Assembly: GCA_965203295.1 (NCBI GenBank)
Contig: CBDBCZ010000019.1
Coordinates: 2,432,001 to 2,496,000 of the forward strand
Direction of reading: 5' to 3'
DNA length: 64,000 bases
Source of the DNA: Nitrospirales bacterium
GTDB lineage: Bacteria > Nitrospirota > Nitrospiria > Nitrospirales > UBA8639
Part shown: positions 60,711-64,000 of the stretch, in pieces
How positions within the stretch are numbered: the first letter of the stretch is position 1
Layout of the letters: every line of letters begins with the position of its first letter
Position numbers and translations under genes: made by a program
The notes under the pieces: generated by a model
The model's input: only the letters and a program-made list of their open reading frames with translations
What the model was told of the DNA's origin: nothing
Databases searched by the model: none

Positions 60711-61421
60711 TTAGTCCTCTTCCGAAGCCGAATCCTCGTCAGAGGATTGAGGAGACAATTTTAATGAGGATACTTCGTGGGGATGAATCAACGTTAAGCA
60801 TTCAGCGGTTATTGGATCCTTGTGGAACAACACATAAATTGGAAACAGTTTAGGCCTTTCATCACGCTCCTGTGCCAAAAGAACAGGGACCTCGAACCAT
60901 GGTGCAAGATTCTCAAGGTACGCCATACGTAGACGGACGGCCAGCAGCATATCTCGAACTCGGGAATGCCACTCTTCTGAGGACACCCATGTTGAGGCGG
61001 TCACGTTCTTTTCCCACAAAGATTTTGTAATGCCAACCGCTAAGTCCATTCCCAACTCTTTGGCAATCTCACTCACATCAATGACTAACCCCGCTTGAAT
61101 CGCATCACCACGCGAAGGAATTCCGCTCACTGGCGAGGGAGGGACGTGAGGATCTTGTAGGGTCGATTTTTGCTCGCGAGAATTCGCCGCAGGCAGGGGC
61201 TCTAATTCATTCAACACATCAGAGGGTAACGGGCTCGCCTCCACCGCTCCAACGGATTCTTTCTGACATTCAGGCAGAAGAGATGTGCCACCCAAGGCAT
61301 TGAGAAGACTCTCGTAGATAGTACGGGCTGACTTTGACCATGCGGGGTCAAACGGTCGACCTTGAAAAGCCGCTTCAGAGGCCTTTTTCTCATCATTGGT
61401 TAGAGGCCGAAACTCATTCAT
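60711..61421 (-). CDS. Hypothetical protein
   Basis: Long ORF; ATG start chosen at MNEFRPL; no confidently recognised domain. Confidence 0.65.
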   Translation of the reverse strand: MNEFRPLTNDEKKASEAAFQGRPFDPAWSKSARTIYESLLNALGGTSLLPECQKESVGAVEASPLPSDVLNELEPLPAANSREQKSTLQDPHVPPSPVSGIPSRGDAIQAGLVIDVSEIAKELGMDLAVGITKSLWEKNVTASTWVSSEEWHSRVRDMLLAVRLRMAYLENLAPWFEVPVLLAQERDERPKLFPIYVLFHKDPITAECLTLIHPHEVSSLKLSPQSSDEDSASEED

Positions 61422-61519
61422 ACAAGTATTGTTAAGGCCCACAAGTCCACAAGTCAAGACATGGGCGAAATACCACTTGAGAATCGCAAATAGGAATTAA
61501 AAGGGGAAAGACTCTGGAA

Positions 61520-61930
61520 TCAATTGTTACTCGATTGAGGTGGCTCATCCAAAGGGTCCCGATTAACGGGGTTCCATTGTTGTAGCCGTTCAACCAATGG
61601 CTGAGCATCCGTCGAGGTGGATTGTGTGGACTCAGTAGGAGATTCATCCCACGTCAGGTGGGTGATGCTCTCTTGATTGAGGGTTTTCTGTATCATTTCG
61701 ACTAACGCCTCCAAAGTAGTGTCATCCCCATAGCGCAGATCTAAGACTCGTTGGGCGTTATCCGTAGGAGGTGGGGTATCATGCACCAGGCTCCAACATC
61801 GATCGAAAACCATTCGCCGCAAGGGATTGGGAAGATTGAGTGATGGAAGATCGCTGGTCGTTAGAGCCACCACCATGAGGACAAATTGAAGATCTGGCAC
61901 GCCCGGATTATTGATGTCTAACTTTTGCAT
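61520..61930 (-). CDS. Hypothetical protein
   Basis: 136-aa ORF co-oriented with its neighbours. Confidence 0.65.
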   Translation of the reverse strand: MQKLDINNPGVPDLQFVLMVVALTTSDLPSLNLPNPLRRMVFDRCWSLVHDTPPPTDNAQRVLDLRYGDDTTLEALVEMIQKTLNQESITHLTWDESPTESTQSTSTDAQPLVERLQQWNPVNRDPLDEPPQSSNN

Positions 61931-62378
61931 GACCCGACCATTTTAATCGTGGAGAAAAGCTCATGACAAGCTGATGATAGCGCCATGCCAGGGAGTTCAG
62001 TGCTTGATGTGAAGACAATGTCCTCCCCCCTCTTCGGAAAGACGTTCATGGCCTCAAGAACCAATCGGTTTAACAAGATGATGGAATGACTAGGTCATCT
62101 GATATATAGTCTTCACCAGCTAGACCCCTACGCTTAAAATCTCTGGTTTCTCCCATGAAAGCCTAGATCCAGGTAAAATGAAAAAAATCCTTTGAATTTT
62201 AGTCAATACACTGACCACAATCACTTTATGAATTTTTTCAAGAATTTCATGAATTTACATGCTTTCCCCAAAAGGAAGCGTCAACGATATGATTGTTTAC
62301 TCTATGTTTACTCTAAATGTTGATTCGAAAGATCGAGTTTCTAGGATCAAGTCCTATCACCCGAGAAGGGTACTGCCC

Positions 62379-64000
62379 ATGAAAAGCTTTGAAAAACTCA
62401 GGCATTCTTTTTCTCTTTCCATTGGTCAACAACTAATCATGATGGTTTCGGTGTTCATCCTGACTCTAGGTGGTATTCTGGCTTACACTTTTTCGACCGT
62501 TAAGAATTTGGAATTCGACTCCATCGTGGTAGACGTGGCTGGACGCCAGCGGATGATGATCCAACGCTATCTGAACGAGATATTACTGACGTCCAAGGGT
62601 AACCCAAAGGAATATTCACGCACTCAGAAGATCCTCGATCAATCTATTAAGGCTCTTATGAATGGTGGACCTGTGGTCCTCAATATCTATACTCAGGAAA
62701 CGTTCACGTTACCCTCTGCCTCTACGACAAATATTTTCAACAAGTTAATGGAACAGCAAACGTTATTATCAACATTATTCGCCAAAGGTAAAGAATTCCT
62801 TCAACTGACTCATGGAGATCCTTTGCGTCGCGCACAAATGAATTCATTGCTGGAGCTCACCGTTCAACTACAAAAAATTGCTGATGATAGCGTTAAGCTG
62901 TTCAGCGCTCATTCAAGAAATAAAACACTCGCCATGCTCAGGTGGGAGCCTATTTTAGCTCTTCTTTTTGTTCTTTTTAGTATTCTTTTAGCTCGCCAAG
63001 TCATATCAGCCGGTAATCGATTAACCCGTGAAGTCGAACAGAGAAAAAAAGCAGAAAGTGAACGAAATCGATTTTTCTCACTTTCCCAGGACCTATTCTG
63101 TATTTCCAGTTTCGATGGGTTTTTTAAAGCCTTGAATCCCTCCTGGACAAGAACGTTGAGCTACGCCATGGAGGAATTAGAGACGAAGCCATTCCTCGAT
63201 TTCGTGCATCCAGATGACGTACCGTCAACGCAAGCTGAAATGCAACGCCTCTCGAAAGGCCAGACGACGATCCAATTCGAAAATCGTTATCACTGCCACG
63301 ATGGCACATATAAATGGCTCCTTTGGAATGCCACTCCGGATTTGGGGCAACAACTGATTTATGCGACCGCTCATGATATCACCAATCGGAAACGCAACGA
63401 GCAGCAACTGCTTCTGCGCGACCGCTCCATTGAATCTGCGAGTAACGGAATTTTAATTGCAGATGCTCAAACATCTGACATGCCCACGGTGTACTGCAAT
63501 TCAGCCTTTGAGCGAATCACGGGCTACTCTAAACAAGAGGTGATTGGCCAGAACTGCCGATTTCTCCAAGGACAAGATAAAGACCAACCAGAACTCGACA
63601 AACTGAGAACTGCCCTTCAAAATGGTGAGGAATGCCGCGTTGAACTCAGAAATTATAAAAAGGATGGCAGCTTTTTCTGGAATGAATTGTACGTCGCACC
63701 CGTCCGAAACAACCAAAGGGAGGTATCCCATTTTGTCGGAGTCCAAACCGATATCACCGAAGCCAAACAAGCCCGTTTGGCCAGTTTGGAATTAGCGGCC
63801 ATCGTCGAATCCTGTGAAGAAGCCATCATCGGGAAAACCAGCGAAGGAATCATCCAAAGTTGGAACAAAGGAGCAGAGCGCTTATACGGCTATACCGAGA
63901 AAGAGGTTCTAGGAAAATCAATTACCCTATTATTTCCCGAAGACAAGATGCAGGAATTTGAAGACATCATGGGCAAAATCAAGTCACGTCAGGGAGTTCC
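62379..64000 (+). CDS. Membrane sensor: TM, NarX/PilJ-like domain, TM, PAS, LOV, PAS (runs off window)
   Basis: Manual translation from ATG 62379: DVAGRQRMMIQ; FVHPDD PAS; GQNCRFLQG at 63546-63572; NYKKDG, FWNEL, FVGVQ; then a further PAS (IQSWNKGAERLYGY). Confidence 0.9.
   Translation, partial: MKSFEKLRHSFSLSIGQQLIMMVSVFILTLGGILAYTFSTVKNLEFDSIVVDVAGRQRMMIQRYLNEILLTSKGNPKEYSRTQKILDQSIKALMNGGPVVLNIYTQETFTLPSASTTNIFNKLMEQQTLLSTLFAKGKEFLQLTHGDPLRRAQMNSLLELTVQLQKIADDSVKLFSAHSRNKTLAMLRWEPILALLFVLFSILLARQVISAGNRLTREVEQRKKAESERNRFFSLSQDLFCISSFDGFFKALNPSWTRTLSYAMEELETKPFLDFVHPDDVPSTQAEMQRLSKGQTTIQFENRYHCHDGTYKWLLWNATPDLGQQLIYATAHDITNRKRNEQQLLLRDRSIESASNGILIADAQTSDMPTVYCNSAFERITGYSKQEVIGQNCRFLQGQDKDQPELDKLRTALQNGEECRVELRNYKKDGSFFWNELYVAPVRNNQREVSHFVGVQTDITEAKQARLASLELAAIVESCEEAIIGKTSEGIIQSWNKGAERLYGYTEKEVLGKSITLLFPEDKMQEFEDIMGKIKSRQGV

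Noticed and set aside
1..64000. CRISPR array, rRNA, prophage or integrase genes
   Set aside because: No regularly spaced repeats, rRNA-like sequence, or phage/integrase motifs were seen

Overview
Bacterial chromosomal window, most likely Nitrospirales (inferred from a 2xNuoM complex I cluster without nuoE/F/H and from the gene neighbourhoods). Core loci: xseA-ymdB-rny-zapA-zapB-slt; a histidine-phosphatase/PFK fusion; tRNA-His with a decayed integrated island; rpsT, holA, lptE, leuS, mdh; a NorD/CbbO-like VWA gene; bfd; an S9 peptidase; an RpoD-like sigma factor; a decayed 5'-nucleotidase/ECF operon; an ergothioneine-like cluster (Egt1/OvoA-like sulfoxide synthase, betaine-type ABC transporter, egtD, PLP lyase); an ftcD pseudogene; dsrE2-tusA; nuoABCDGIJKLMMN; a PriA with degenerate ATPase motifs; and the start of a membrane sensor joining a NarX/PilJ-like P-box domain to a canonical LOV domain. 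Most unusual observations: (i) a clean swap of two adjacent DNA blocks (10071-11254 and 11255-11697) that interleaves a SleB-type hydrolase and an SGNH-like gene, both rejoining in frame when the blocks are swapped back; (ii) a 167-bp non-autonomous IS200/IS605-type element whose guide and cleavage tetranucleotides match at both ends; (iii) the P-box + LOV sensor; (iv) the ergothioneine-like synthesis and transport cluster. Many frameshifts are present. At least one (essential holA) is probably a sequencing error, so pseudogene calls need read-level confirmation. All family assignments are from motif recognition by eye; no database searches were run.
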